A stretch of DNA of 64,000 bases. Source: Macrostomum lignano. Taxonomy: Eukaryota. Below are positions 1-12,412 of the stretch, one piece after another. The notes under the pieces were generated by a model that had not been told where the DNA came from, searched no databases, and worked only from the letters and a program-made list of their open reading frames with translations. How positions within the stretch are numbered: position 1 is the stretch's first letter; every line of letters begins with the position of its first letter. Location: contig NIVC01001745.1 in the NCBI GenBank assembly GCA_002269645.1, positions 1-64,000 of the forward strand. The letters run 5' to 3'. Made by a program: the position numbers and the translations under genes.

Positions 1-3000
1 CTCCAGCTACCCTCCTTTAGCTACCCTCCTCAGCTACCCTCCTCCAGCTACCCTCCTTCAGCTACCTCCTTTAGCTACCCTCCTCTAGCTACCCTCCTCC
101 AGTTTATCCTCCTCCATCTACCCTCCTCCAGTTTATCCTCCTCCAGCTACCCTCCTGCAGCTACCCTCCTCCAGCTACCCTCCTCCAGCTACCCTCCTCC
201 AGCTACCCTCCTCCAGCTACCCTCCTCCAGCTACCCTCCTCCAGCTACCCTCCTCCAGTTACCCTCCTCCAGCTACCCTCTTCCAGCTACCCTCCTCCAG
301 CTATACTCCTTCAGCTACCCTCCTTTAGCTACCCTCCTTTAGCTACCCTCCTCCAGCTACCCTCCTCCAGCTACCCTCCTCTAGCTACCCTCCTTCAGCT
401 ACCCTCCTCCAGCTACCCTCCTCCAGCTACCCTCCTTCAGCTACCCTCCTCTAGCTACCCTCCTTTAGCTATCCTCCTCCAGCTACCCTCCTCCAGCTAC
501 CCTCCTCCAGTTTATCCTCCTCCAGCTACCCTCCTCCAGTTTTTCCTCCTCCAGCTACCCTTCTCCAGTTTATCCTCCTCCAGCTACCCTCCTCCAGTTT
601 ATCCTCCTCCAGCTACCCTCCTCCAGTTTATCCTCCTCCAGCTACCCTCCTCCAGTTTATCCTCCTCCAGCTACCCTCCTCCAGTTTATCCTCCTCCAGC
701 TACCCTCCTCCAGTTTATCCTCCTCCAGCTACCCTCCTTCAGCTACCCTCCTCCAGCTACCCTCCTCCAGCTACCCTCCTCCAGCTACCCTCCTCCAGCT
801 ACCCTCCTCCAGCTACCCTCCTCCAGTTACCCTCCTCCAGCTACCCTCCTCCAGCTACCCTCCTTCAGCTACCCTCCTCCAGCTACCCTCCTTTAGCTAT
901 CCTCCTCCAGCTACCCTCCTTTAGCTACCCTCCTTTAGCTACCCTCTTTCAGCTATCCTCCTTCAGCTATCCTCCTTCAGCTACCCTCCTCCAGCTACCC
1001 TCCTCCAGTTACCCTTCTCCAGCTACCCTCCTCCAGCTACCCTCTTCCAGCTACCCTCCTCCAGCTACCCTCCTCCAGCTACCCTCCTCCAGCTACCCTC
1101 CTCCAGCTACCCTCCTCCAGCTACCCTCCTCCAGCTACCCTCCTCCAGCTACCCTCCTCCAGCTACCCTCCTCCAGTAACCCTCCTCCAGCTACCCTCCT
1201 CCAGCTACCCTCTTCCAGCTACCCTCCTCCAGCTACCCTCCTCCAGCTACCCTCCTCCAGCTACCCTCCTTTAGCTACCCTCCTCCAGCTATACTCCTTC
1301 AGCTACCCTCCTCCAGCTACCCTCCTTTAGCTACCCTCCTCCAGCTACCCTCCTTCAGCTCCCCTCCTCTAGCTACCCTCCTTCAGCTACCCTCCTCCAG
1401 CTACCCTCCTTTAGCTATCCTCCTCCAGCTACCCTCCTCCAGCTACCCTCCTCCAGTTTATCCTCCTCCAGCTACCCTCCTCCAGTTTATCCTCCTCCAG
1501 CTACCCTCCTCCAGCTACCCTCCTCCAGTTTATCCTCCTCCAGCTACCCTCCTTCAGCTACCCTCCTCCAGCTACCCTCCTCCAGCTACCCTCCTCCAGC
1601 TACCCTCCTCCAGCTACCCTCCTCCAGCTACCCTCCTCCAGCTACCCTCCTCCAGTTACCTTCCTCCAGCTACCCTCCTCCAGCTACCCTCCTCCAGCTA
1701 CCCTCCTCCAGTTACCCTCCTCCAGCTACCCTCCTCCAGCTACCCTCCTTCAGCTACCCTCCTCCAGCTACCCTCCTTTAGCTATCCTCCTCCAGCTACC
1801 CTCCTTTAGCTACCCTCCTTTAGCTACCCTCTTTCAGCTATCCTCCTTCAGCTATCCTCCTTCAGCTACCCTCCTCCAGCTACCCTCCTCCAGTTACCCT
1901 CCTCCAGCTACCCTCCTCCAGCTACCCTCTTCCAGCTACCCTCCTCCAGCTACCCTCCTCCAGCTACCCTGCTCCAGCTACCCTCCTCCAGTTACCCTCC
2001 TCCAGCTACCCTCCTCCAGCTACCCTCTTCCAGCTACCCTCCTCCAGCTACCCTCCTCCAGCTACCCTCCTCCAGTTTATCCTCCTCCAGTTTATCCTCC
2101 TCCAGTTTATCCTCCTCCAGTTTATCCTCCTCCAGCTACCCTCCTCCAGTTTATCCTTCTCCAGCTACCCTCCTCCAGTTTATCCTTCTCCAGCTACCCT
2201 CCTCCAGTTTATCCTTCTCCAGCTACCCTCCTCCAGTTTATCCTCCTCCAGCTACCCTCCTCCAGTTTATCCTTCTCCAGCTACCCTCCTCCAGCTACCC
2301 TCCTCCAGTTTATCTTCCTCCAGCTACCCTCCTCCAGTTTATCCTCCTCCAGCTACCCTCCTCCAGTTTATCCTTCTCCAGCTACCCTCCTCCAGTTTAT
2401 CCTCCTCCATCTACCCTCCTCCAGTTTATCCTCCTCCAGCTACCCTCTTTCAGCTACCCTCCTCCAGCTTCCCTCCTCCAGCTTTACCCCTTCAGCTAAT
2501 CTCCTCCAGCTACCCTCCTCCAGCTACCCTCCTTTAGCTACCCTCCTCCAGCTACCCTCCTTCAGCTACCCTCCTCCAGCTACCCTCCTTCAGCTACCCT
2601 CCTTTAGCTATCCTCCTCCAGCTACCCTCCTTTAGCTACCCTCCTTTAGCTACCCTCTTTCAGCTATCCTCCTTCAGCTATCCTCCTCCAGCTACCCTCC
2701 TTTAGCTACCCTCCTCCAGCTACCCTCCTCCAGCTACCCTCCTTCAGCTACCCTCCTTTAGCTACCCTCCTCTAGCTACCCTCCTCCAGTTTATCCTCCT
2801 CCATCTACCCTCCTCCAGTTTATCCTCCTCCAGCTACCCTCCTGCAGCTACCCTCCTCCAGTTTATCCTCCTCCAGCTACCCTCCTCCAGTTTATCCTCC
2901 TCCAGCTACCCTCCTCCAGTTTATCCTCCTCCAGCTACCCTCCTCCAGTATCCTCCTCCAGCTACCCTCCTTTAGCTACCCTCCTTTAGCTACCCTCTTT

Positions 3001-3508
3001 CAGCTATCCTCCTTCAGCTATCCTCCTCCAGTTACCCTCCTTTAGCTACCCTCCTCCAGCTACCCTCCTCCAGCTACCCTCCTTCAGCTACACTCCTTTA
3101 GCTACCCTCCTCCAGCTACCCTCCTCCAGCTACCCTCCTCCAGTTTATCCTCCTCCAGCTACCCTCCTCCAGTTTATCCTCCTCCAGCTACCCTCCTCCA
3201 GTATCCTTCTCCAGCTACCCTCCTCTAGTTTATCCTCCTCCAGCTACCCTCCTCCAGCTACCCTCCTCCAGCTACCCTCCTCCAGTTACCCTCCTCCAGC
3301 TACCCTCTTCCAGCTACCCTTCTCCAGCTACCCTCCTTCAGCTACCCTCCTCCAGCTACCCTCCTTCAGCTACCCTCCTCCAGCTACCCTCCTCCAGCTA
3401 TCCTCCTCCAGCTACCCTCCTTTAGCTACCCTCCTTTAGCTACCCTCTTTCAGCTATCCTCCTTCAGCTATCCTCCTCCAGCTACCCTCCTCCAGCTACC
3501 CCCTTCAG
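1..3508. repeat. 14-bp minisatellite (CCTCCAGCTACCCT and variants), ~250 copies; probably intronic in the C3orf20-like gene
   Basis: Continuous 14-bp periodicity with variants such as CCTCCAGTTTATCCT and CCTTTAGCTACCCT; blocks of variants recur (e.g. ~50-150 and ~2750-2850). Confidence 0.98.
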
Positions 3509-3646
3509 ATATCAAGGTCTTGATTTGTCGTTTTCAAATCGACTGTGGCCTAACAAGACGTGATATTTTGATCACACTATCAAAAAACTAATCATTGCCC
3601 GAATGATTTTTTTCATAAAATTTTCATCAAAAATCCAACCCGGCAG

Positions 3647-6416
3647 GAGCACCGGCAATGGCAGACGCCCGCTTGTCTGGAGGAGAGCCGGCGGCGCCAG
3701 GCGGAGGACGCCGAGCGCGAATCGCGCCGCGCCGCCCAACGCGCCGAGAATGACAGCCTGCTGATGCGCGACGGTTCCCGCTCGCGGATGTCCCGGACCG
3801 CCTCAGCCTCCGGAGACGCCGCCGACCGGCGCACTGTCCGCCTGAGCCAGGCCTCAGCAGCGCCGACAGCGGCAGCGGCGGCGGCGTCCGTCAAGAAGTC
3901 GGCCCGCTCTCGCGGCGGCGCCCTCCAAGAGCAGGCCATCGCCGAGGGGCCCGAGCACTCTACCGGAAATCCGGCAAAATCGGCCGACCACCACCCGACA
4001 GACACCCTGTCTTTCTCGCTGGTGTCCAAGGAGTCGCTGAAGAACGGCTGGCTGCAGAATTTCAATCAGCGCCTGATTGAAGACAAACTGCAGAGCGCGC
4101 TGGTCAAACTGAGGCTGGCCGGACACGCGCCTGGGTCTGTCCCAACTGGCCTGTCTGTCCCAACCGGCCTGTCTGTCTGGCCTGTCTGTCCCACCTGGCC
4201 TGTCTGTCTGGCCTGTCTGTCCCAACTGGCCTGTCTGTCTGGCCTGTCTGTCCCAACTGGCCTGTCTGTCTGGCCTGTCTGTCCCAACTGGCCTGTCTGT
4301 CCCAACTGGCCTGTCTGTCCCAACCGGCCTGTCTGTCTGGCCTGTCTGTCCCAACCGGCCTGTCTGTCTGGCCTGTCTGTCCCAACCGGCCTGTCTGTCT
4401 GGCCTGTCTGTCCCAACTGGCCTGTCTGTCCCAACTGGCCTGTCTGTCCCAACTGGCCTGTCTGTCCCAACTGGCCTGTCTGTCCCAACTGGCCTGTCTA
4501 TCTTGTTAGCCGGTCTGTACTAAGCAGAAAAGGATAAACTCAATACATTTTCCATCTCATTAGGAATCGAACCACGGACCAGCACCTGCAGCAGCAGCAG
4601 CTGGAGCTGCAGTTCTACGCAGCCGGGGCCCCGTCCTACCGGCCGCCGCGACCCCGCCGGCTCCAGCCAGCCGAGCTGGTGGACCCCGACACCCTGCTGC
4701 CCAGGCCAGTCGCTCCGCCCGACGTCAGCGCCAAGCGGGCCTTCGCCGATCGTCTGGTCGAAGCCGCCGCCGCTGTCGCCTCAGCTTCATCGTCCGGGCC
4801 ATCGGGGCTCCCCCTCCTGACCGAAGACGAGGCCCGGCTGCTCAGGCGGCGCTTCAAGACCGACTGGCCGGCCATGCGCGAGGCCGTCCTGCAGGCGATG
4901 CTGGCGCCGCCGCCGATGCCGGCAAAATCTGCGGCGCATCAGGCGGCCGCCGCCGCCGCCGCCGCTGCCGCCGCGAGCACCTCGGAGGAGTCGGCGCTGA
5001 ACAACCTGCTGACCGTCGAGTTGCCATCTCGCTACAGCAGCCTCGGCGGTGGACGCCTCATCCAGTGCCGCCTGCCAGACGGTGGCACCGTCGTGCTGTA
5101 CCCGTCGGGCAGGCCGGCGCTGCTCGCCTGCGGCTGGTCGGGTGCCGTTGTGGCCCTGAACGACTCGCTGGAGCGTCAGGGCAGCCACCTGCTTGCGAGC
5201 GTCACCGCGTCCGCCTGCGGCTTTGTGCGCTCGATGGATCCGACAGAGCCGACGTTCACTTGCACCCAGGCTGTGGCCCAGCTGCAGGTGCGCCGGGATG
5301 TCAGATTTTAAGTTTTGGAATATTTTTAGATCGAGGTTGAAGTCAGTAGCTTCAAATTGCTCATCTGAGACCCAAACCCCCTGTTTGGATCAGGGAGGGT
5401 GGCTCAGCAACTGAGGATTTGGGAGGCTGGCCCAGCAACTGAGGATCTGGGAGGCTGGTGGTCCAGCAACTGAGGATCTGGGAGGCTGGTGGTCTAGCAA
5501 CTGAGGATCTGGGAGGCTGGGGTGGGTGGCCGAGTCTACGCTTGGCAATTTTTCTGTATGCAGGCCAAGCAAAGCTGCTGAAGTCCAAGTACCCCTCCCC
5601 TAACCGCAGGACCCCCTGACCGGCCGGGTGCTGAAGCGGCTGGCCTGGCCCTCGGATCCGCGAGCCAAGCTGCCAATCAATCTGCAGGTGCGCCTGAACT
5701 CCTGCCTGACATTCGTGTGCTCGGGCCGAGCTGACATGACCTTCGCGTTCCAGGCAGAGGGTCGCTCTGCCCAGCTGGCTGTCGGCTTCTGCGCCGAGCG
5801 GGAGGCGGCCGTCAGGCAGCGGTGCATCGATCGCCATGGCAACCCGTTGGTGAGACGTCCGAAAGTTTACGGGGTTGACTTTCCGAGGTGTTTGAAGTCC
5901 CATTTTACAACATAGAAGTTCCACTTTGATTTGACAGTTTGTGGGTCACTGATTTATGTCTGCCTCATGTACATGATGTATCCCTAATATATGTCAGCCT
6001 TTATGTATTTTTAATCAAGGTTCTTCATCTCTGGCTCTGCATTTAAAGCGTTCGTAAAGAAAAACCTAGTAAGGCTTTGATTCTGATGAATTTTCACTGT
6101 CTAAAAATTGGTTTCACTGTCAGTTTTTATCTGTTTGTGTATTCACAGCGTCTAACGAGCAACTACCTGTGTTCACACTGCTGTCGCCAGCTGTCATATT
6201 GTTAACTTTATAGTATGTACATGCAAAAGTACATTTCATTGGAAGAGCATAGTGCTGTTAGTGCATGGTTAACACAAAAGTACATGACGCACTTCTCCCC
6301 CATATATAAACAGATTGGACTCAGCGAATCGCTGAAAATCGACGGAGATAAAGAAACGGTGCTATGGAAGTCTGAGACAGCAAAGCGGCTGGTTGCAAAA
6401 GCGAAGCAGATGCGAA

Positions 6417-6455
<39 letters not shown>

Positions 6456-9074
6456 TGCAATATCAGCTGGCCAGAAGACCGGCGGTAAGACCAATTTAGT
6501 GCAGAAGTCGCTCTGTGATATGAAACTTTAAAAACGAATGCGATTAAAGGATTTGTTAAATGATATCAAAGAAATAAACTTGCATTTTTATATAGGTGAG
6601 GGAAAATGTCGGATTGGCTAATGTACATTGTCAGGGGAAGCAAAGTATCGGAGTAACCAATGTACATTGCTTGGGGGGAAGAAAAATACGGAGTGGCCAA
6701 TGTACATCGCTAGGGGGGGAGAAAAAATATCGGAGTGGTCAATGTACCTTGCTTGGGGGAAGGAAAATATAGGAGTGGCTAATGCACATCGCTAGCGGAA
6801 AGAAAAAGAAGAGTATTTGAGTCAAGAACTTGTGTTTTAGGAAGAGAAAGAGAACAAACCAAGTAAATAGCTAAGTGGAAAAGTAAAATTTGAATGAGTA
6901 CGGGAAATTAGTCAACACTTTTCCCGAATCCGTCATCACTAAGGACTCCGCCAAGTCCGGCGCCACAGAGTTCTCAGCCGCGTCTTCCGGGGGAACTGGC
7001 AGCGGTGGCAGCGGCAGCGACTTGACCGTGAGAGACTCGGACCTCGAGGAGACTCGAGCTCGAATTCGCGGCATCTGTGATTCCTGGCTAGAGGCATACA
7101 GGCAGCGCCTGGGTGTCGCTCCTCCAGCACCGCCGCCACCGTCGCAGCCCCAGCAGCTGCCGCTGTCATCGAGGACGCCGAGGCCGGTTCAGTCGGCCGC
7201 CCCGGCGACGGCTCAGCGCAGCTCCACCGCGGGACGGCGCTCCGTCCAGGCGCCGCCGCGGTTGCCCTCGGCGCCACCGACTGCCGCGGCTGGCGTCGGC
7301 GTCGGCGCGCTTCGACAGTCGGCGCCAGCGGCGCCATCGACTGCGACGAGCGCCACAGCGGCGGCGTCGGCCAACTCCCTGGCCGAAGCCCTGGAGTGTG
7401 CGGCGTGTCCGACCACAGCCAGGCAGCTGCTGATCGCGGCGGGGGCTGCTGGCGGAACTTCCGGCTTTGTTGGCTTGAATCGATGCGGATGCGGCCTTCA
7501 GGTGAGCCTAGCAAGCGTTTCTGTGCGCTTCCCTCTGCTATCCAATGTGTGGAACTGCTTCCCTCCGCTATCCAATGTGTGAAACCGCTTCCCTCCGCTA
7601 TCCAATGAGTGGAACTGCTTCCCTCCGCTATCCAATGTGTGGAACTGCTTCCCTCCGCTAGCCAATGTGTGGAACTGCTTCCCTCCGCTATCCAATGTGT
7701 GGAACTGCTTCCCTCTGCTATCCAATGAGTGGAACTGTTTCCTTCCCCTTTCCAATGTGTGGAACTGCTTCCCTCCGCTATCCAATGTGTGGAACTGCTT
7801 CCCTCCGCTATCCAATGTGTGGAACTGCTTCCCTCCGCTATCCAATGTGTGGAACTGCTTCCCTCCGCTATCCAATGTGTGGAACTGCTTCCCTCCGCTA
7901 TCCAATGTGTGGAACTGCTTCCCTCCGCTATCCAATGTGTGGAACTGCTTCCCTCCGCTATCCAATGTGTGGAACTGCTTCCCTTCGATAAATAATGTGT
8001 TAAAATTTTTCCCTCCGCTCTCCACTGTCTCACCGTCTTCACCCTAAAGGTCCCCAGCCTGACGGACCTCGAGCTCGACGCGTTCATCGAGGCGCAGGGC
8101 CGGCGAAATCCCGATCAACTCTTGGTTGTCATGGTAACGCACTCCAATTCCGACTCGTCAGAGGCGGCGCGCCGCGCCGATTCCCTGCTGCGCCAGTACG
8201 CCTCAGCTAATAGAAATCGGCGCCGCGGCGCCACGGCGCCCTGTCTGGTCGCGGCGCGCGACAATTTTCGAATGCTGGCCTACGACCTGGGCGCCGCTGC
8301 GGCCACCACGGCGTGCACCTATCCGGAGCTGTTGGTGCGGCACAACCTGCGGGTTGGGGACGCTCTGGTGTACCGGCAGGGCCGCATCATGTTCGCTGGC
8401 GCGCTCGCCGGGCCCGAGCAGCTGCGGCGCCAGCTGGCCGAGTGCCGGCGCCTCGGGCAGCGCGGCTGTCCGGGCCTGCCGCGCGACTTCCGGCTGTCCA
8501 CTTCTGCCTGGGATTGCCGCCGGGAGGATCCGGCGAGTGAGACGGCCGCTTTGATTGGCGGCGTTGCCATGGAGACGGGAACAAATAGGTTAGTTAATAG
8601 TGCAGTAAACGCGATTCACAGCCATGAGGCCCAACCCCAGGGCACAGAGAGTGTACATGCCTGACGGTTAGAAAGTCAGGACCGCTGTACACTCTGTGTG
8701 AGCGCGTGTATGACTGCGTGCCTGCGTACAGCATTCGAGCGCTTGTGTGTGCTCAGGAGTCTCAAGAGAATTGGGCAGAATTGTGCCAGGGGGGGGGGCA
8801 TAACCCTCTTGCGAACATTTATTTCTTTGTATACTACATTTAGCTCGTAAGTTAGGTGACTGTTGTCAATTCTTGGCCACCTTTTGTCGAAAGCTTTCAG
8901 TAAATGAGAAGTATTTGTACTCTATGAACTTGAAATAGATAGACTGAAATGTAGAAAGGGAGTGAAACGTTTTGTAATTCGCATTGCAGAGCGGTCACAC
9001 TGGATGCTCTGACTGTGCTGTCAGCCAGCGACAATCACCCGATGCTGTCTTGCGGTCTGCCGAAAATTCGATGA
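3647..9074 (+). CDS. C3orf20: C3orf20-like FAM194-domain protein, multi-exon, 5' partial
   Basis: Phase-consistent exons 3647-4134, 4564-5287, 5610-5849, 6314-6484, 6841-6862 (tentative), 6912-7501, 8050-8588, 8990-9074 (tentative). Motifs VLYPSGRPALLA, KRLAWPSD..LQVRLNSCLTFVC, VPSLTDLELDAFI and FRMLAYDL..LLVRHNLRVGDALVYRQGRIMFAG recall FAM194/C3orf20 proteins. Family recognised from memory, no search run. Confidence 0.7.
4135..4499. repeat. Intronic 18-bp minisatellite (CTGGCCTGTCTGTCCCAA) starting at the splice donor
   Basis: Direct periodicity; the first unit overlaps the GT donor at 4135. Confidence 0.95.
5395..5522. repeat. Intronic ~29-bp minisatellite (CAGCAACTGAGGATCTGGGAGGCTGG..), same family as 19322-19585
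   Basis: About four near-identical units with the same core at both loci. Confidence 0.9.
6612..6800. repeat. Degenerate ~40-bp intronic tandem repeat (GGAGTGGCCAATGTACATYGCT..GGGGG..AAAA)
   Basis: About five diverged copies containing AATGTACA. Confidence 0.8.
7535..8020. repeat. Intronic 30-bp minisatellite (TCCAATGTGTGGAACTGCTTCCCTCCGCTA)
   Basis: About 16 copies; explains the repetitive ORFs at 7498-8087. Confidence 0.97.
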
Positions 9075-9254
9075 CATGCCGAATACAAAATCTGTCTACA
9101 AGTCTTCTTTCTACTTTGGAAAATATCAATGTGCAGCTTAGCCTAACCAATCTAATTTATCATTTTTAGTTGTGCTTCCTATGTTGTCACGTCTGCGTGT
9201 TCCAACGAAGCGTGTTCACTTATATGAAACAAGCGGCCCTACGACCACTGCCCC

Positions 9255-9680
9255 AGTCAAGCACGGATCCCCAACCCCCAACCCATCTGCCCCAATCAGC
9301 CACAGACCCCAACCCCCAACCCCTCTGCCCCAATCAGCCACAGACCCCAACCCCCAACCCATCTGCCCCAATCAGCCACAGACCCCAACCCCCAACCCTC
9401 TGCCCCAATCAGCCACAGACCCCAACCCCCAACCCATCTGCCCCAATCAGCCACAGACCCCAACCCCCAACCCCTCTGCCCCAATCAGCCACAGACCCCA
9501 ACCCCCAACCCCTCTGCCCCAATCAGCCACAGAACCCTCAACCCCCAACCCCTCTGCCCCAATCAGCCACAGAACCCTCAACCCCCAACCCCTCTGCCCC
9601 AATCAGCCACAGACCCCAACCCCCAAACCCTCTGCCCCAGTCAGGCATGGACCCAACAAACCCCGCGCTAGACCCCAACC
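9255..9680. repeat. ~38-bp C-rich minisatellite (CCTCTGCCCCAATCAGCCACAGACCCCAACCCCCAAC)
   Basis: Direct periodicity; shares a core with the 11770-12365 array. Confidence 0.95.
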
Positions 9681-10708
9681 CAGCACCTCTACCTACAGCT
9701 TTCGTTGGCAGTTTTATATCAATCAATTTTTTTCTGATGCATACCACTTCTAGTTTATTGTTGTTGTGATTTTATCATAATAATAAACAATTATCAATTT
9801 TTAAACTTCCATTTTTAATGATACAAAGCAAATTTTTGCGTTCTATTTGCTGCTGACATAGAAACGAGTTCCTATATTTTTCCCCGAATCAATTGTAACG
9901 AGTAAAAACTGCCTGGATAAATTGCCCTTTGCATTGAAATTACATTTCCTCTGATACAAATATCTTCCAGAAAATGAACAACTGTTATATTTTTAATGTT
10001 ACTTTATTGCTGCTCAGTCGTTATCTATGAATCACATGGATGATATTTTATGTTTTATCAGATTCTTTTAACTCACGAACTCTTGGATTCCTGCCCAACA
10101 CTTTACTGTCAGTCCACTTTAATTGAGTTTCATGTTGTTTAAATTAAATAAACTGCAAAATTAACTAATAAGAAATTTGCACAGATATGGTCAGGCTTTA
10201 TGACGTCAGTTTCTTTTTTGAGAAATACAAGAAATAAAAAAATAATAATATCGCGGAGTTTAGCAAAAAGTTCTCTAGAAAAGAAGCTATTATACATGGA
10301 CAGACAGAAAACTTTCTAACGCTCGCGTGGAAATAATAAAGACTCAAAGTGTCTGAAAATCTCTCCATGACAGTCAGTATTTTTGTTAATATGAAGCTGG
10401 ACTCTACAGATTTTCATCTTCATCGCATCACCAGCCAGTTGTTGTACTCCATTCCCCGCTTCGCAGTTGGTCGCCTATTGGTGTCTGAAAGTCGTGTGGG
10501 TTAATTTTACGATGTCAGAATGCCAGACAGAAGGCTGCTAAGTTTAAAACTGTGGTTGAAATTTTTTCTTTGTTTTAATGCGTGACTAAAATATATTATG
10601 CCAGTTATTACATCATTAGATGAATGATAAAATAGCCAAGTAAATTGCAAAATAATGTTTTCATAAAATTGGGGCTATAAATACTTCTTCCTGCGATATA
10701 CGGACGTC

Positions 10709-10938
10709 GACTAAGAAAGACAGGGGAGCTGAGGTGACTCAGACCTCGTGGACTAAGAAAGACAGGGGAGCTGAGGTGACTCAGACCTCGTGGACTAAAA
10801 AAGACAGGGGAGCTGAGGTGACTCAGACCTCGTGGACTAAGAAAGACAGGGGAGCTGAGGTGACTCAGACCTCGTGGACTAAGAAAGACAGGGGAGCTGA
10901 GGTGACTCAGACCTCGTGGACTAAGAAAGACAGGGGAG
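10709..10938. repeat. 42-bp tandem repeat, ~5.5 near-identical copies
   Basis: GACTAAGAAAGACAGGGGAGCTGAGGTGACTCAGACCTCGTG repeated head to tail with no spacers. Confidence 0.97.
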
Positions 10939-11769
10939 TACATATATTCGATGTACACTCAACAGCCGGCAGGAGACGAGATTGGCCCACCCCCAGGGCA
11001 CCGAATATGTACACTCTCTGACAAAGCGAAAGTCGGGACAGATGTACATACACCCATGGGCGTGTTTGTGCTCTGGGGTTAGTGGAATATGCCTGCTTTT
11101 TAATTGCCTCTCATCGCTTGAGCCAGCACCCAAAGGCACAGCCTCCCTTAAAATTACAAAAGTAATAACTAATGGCGTATAGAGAGCGTATATAAAATAT
11201 GATTTACAATGTACACTCAATGTACACTGAATGTACATTCACCAGCTGGCGTGCAGTGACCAGAAAAGGCCATGTATAGTTAATAAATTTATAAATATTG
11301 GCGTAAGCCTCCTTTAACCAATCAGATCCTAAGTAGTATATGCCAAAATTGTTAATAAGTTATATATGCTATTCATAATTGTATGTTAAAAGCTGTTCTG
11401 AATAGTCCAGTACAACTTGTACCCGAGAGGAATCCAGTCGAGTTTTTAGTTAGAATATCAAATACGAAGTGTCGTATTTCCTGGCTCGACTCGCGGTCTC
11501 TGCTGCTTCGTTGGCTGATTGAGCAAATGACGTGGAGTGTTTGAATCTTTAAAATAACGCTTGATAATTGAGGTTGAACCAATGCTTCTACCAATGACCA
11601 CCATCTGAAAGACAATACTTACTGTGCCCATCTACCCCGCCAACTATGACCACAGCATCTCGGCTCAGTTAGGACACAAGGACAACTTAAGTAGAATATA
11701 TATGTTACTTGAGTAGTCCTTGTTAGGACGGATACCCGACTCCCAACCCTTCTGCACCAGTCAGGCACG

Positions 11770-12365
11770 GACCAACCAAAACACCCTTCTGCCCCAGGCC
11801 CTCAGTCAGGCACGGACCAACCAAAACACCCCTCTGCCCCAGTCAGGCAAGGACCAATCAAAACACCCCTCTGCCCCAGTCAGGCAAGGACCAATCAAAA
11901 CACCCCTCTGCCCCAGTCAGGCACGGACCAACCAAAACACTCCTCTGCCCCAGTCAGGCACGGACCAATCAAAACACCCCTCTGCCCCAGTCAGGCACGG
12001 ACCAATCAAAACACCCCTCTGCCCCAGTCAGGCACGGACCAATCAAAACACCCCTCTGCCCCAGTCAGGCACGGACCAATCAAAACACCCCTCTGCCCCA
12101 GTCAGGCACGGACCAATCAAAACACCCCTCTGCCCCAGTCAGGCACGGACCAATCAAAACACCCCTCTGCCCTAGTCAGACACGGACCAATCAAAACACC
12201 CCTCTGCCCCAGTCAGGCACGGACCAACCAAAACACTCCTCTGCCCCAGTCAGGCACGGACCAACCAAAACACTCCTCTGCCCCGCCAGGCATGGACCTC
12301 CAACCCCCAACACCTTTGCCCCAGTCTGTCATGGACCTCCATCCCCAACACCTCTGCACCAGTCT
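11770..12365. repeat. 37-bp minisatellite (CAGTCAGGCACGGACCAATCAAAACACCCCTCTGCCC)
   Basis: About 15 copies, degenerate at the ends. Confidence 0.95.
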
Positions 12366-12412
12366 CCCAGTCTTTTGCCAACCCCTTCTCAACCACTACC
12401 CCCGCCAATCAC

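Noticed and set aside
10709-10938. CRISPR-like regular repeat
   Set aside because: Units are head to tail with no unique spacers, no cas genes are present, and the context is eukaryotic.
11373-11700. Further 3' exons of the uncharacterised minus-strand gene
   Set aside because: Candidate splice sites exist but could not be joined in a consistent phase with confidence.
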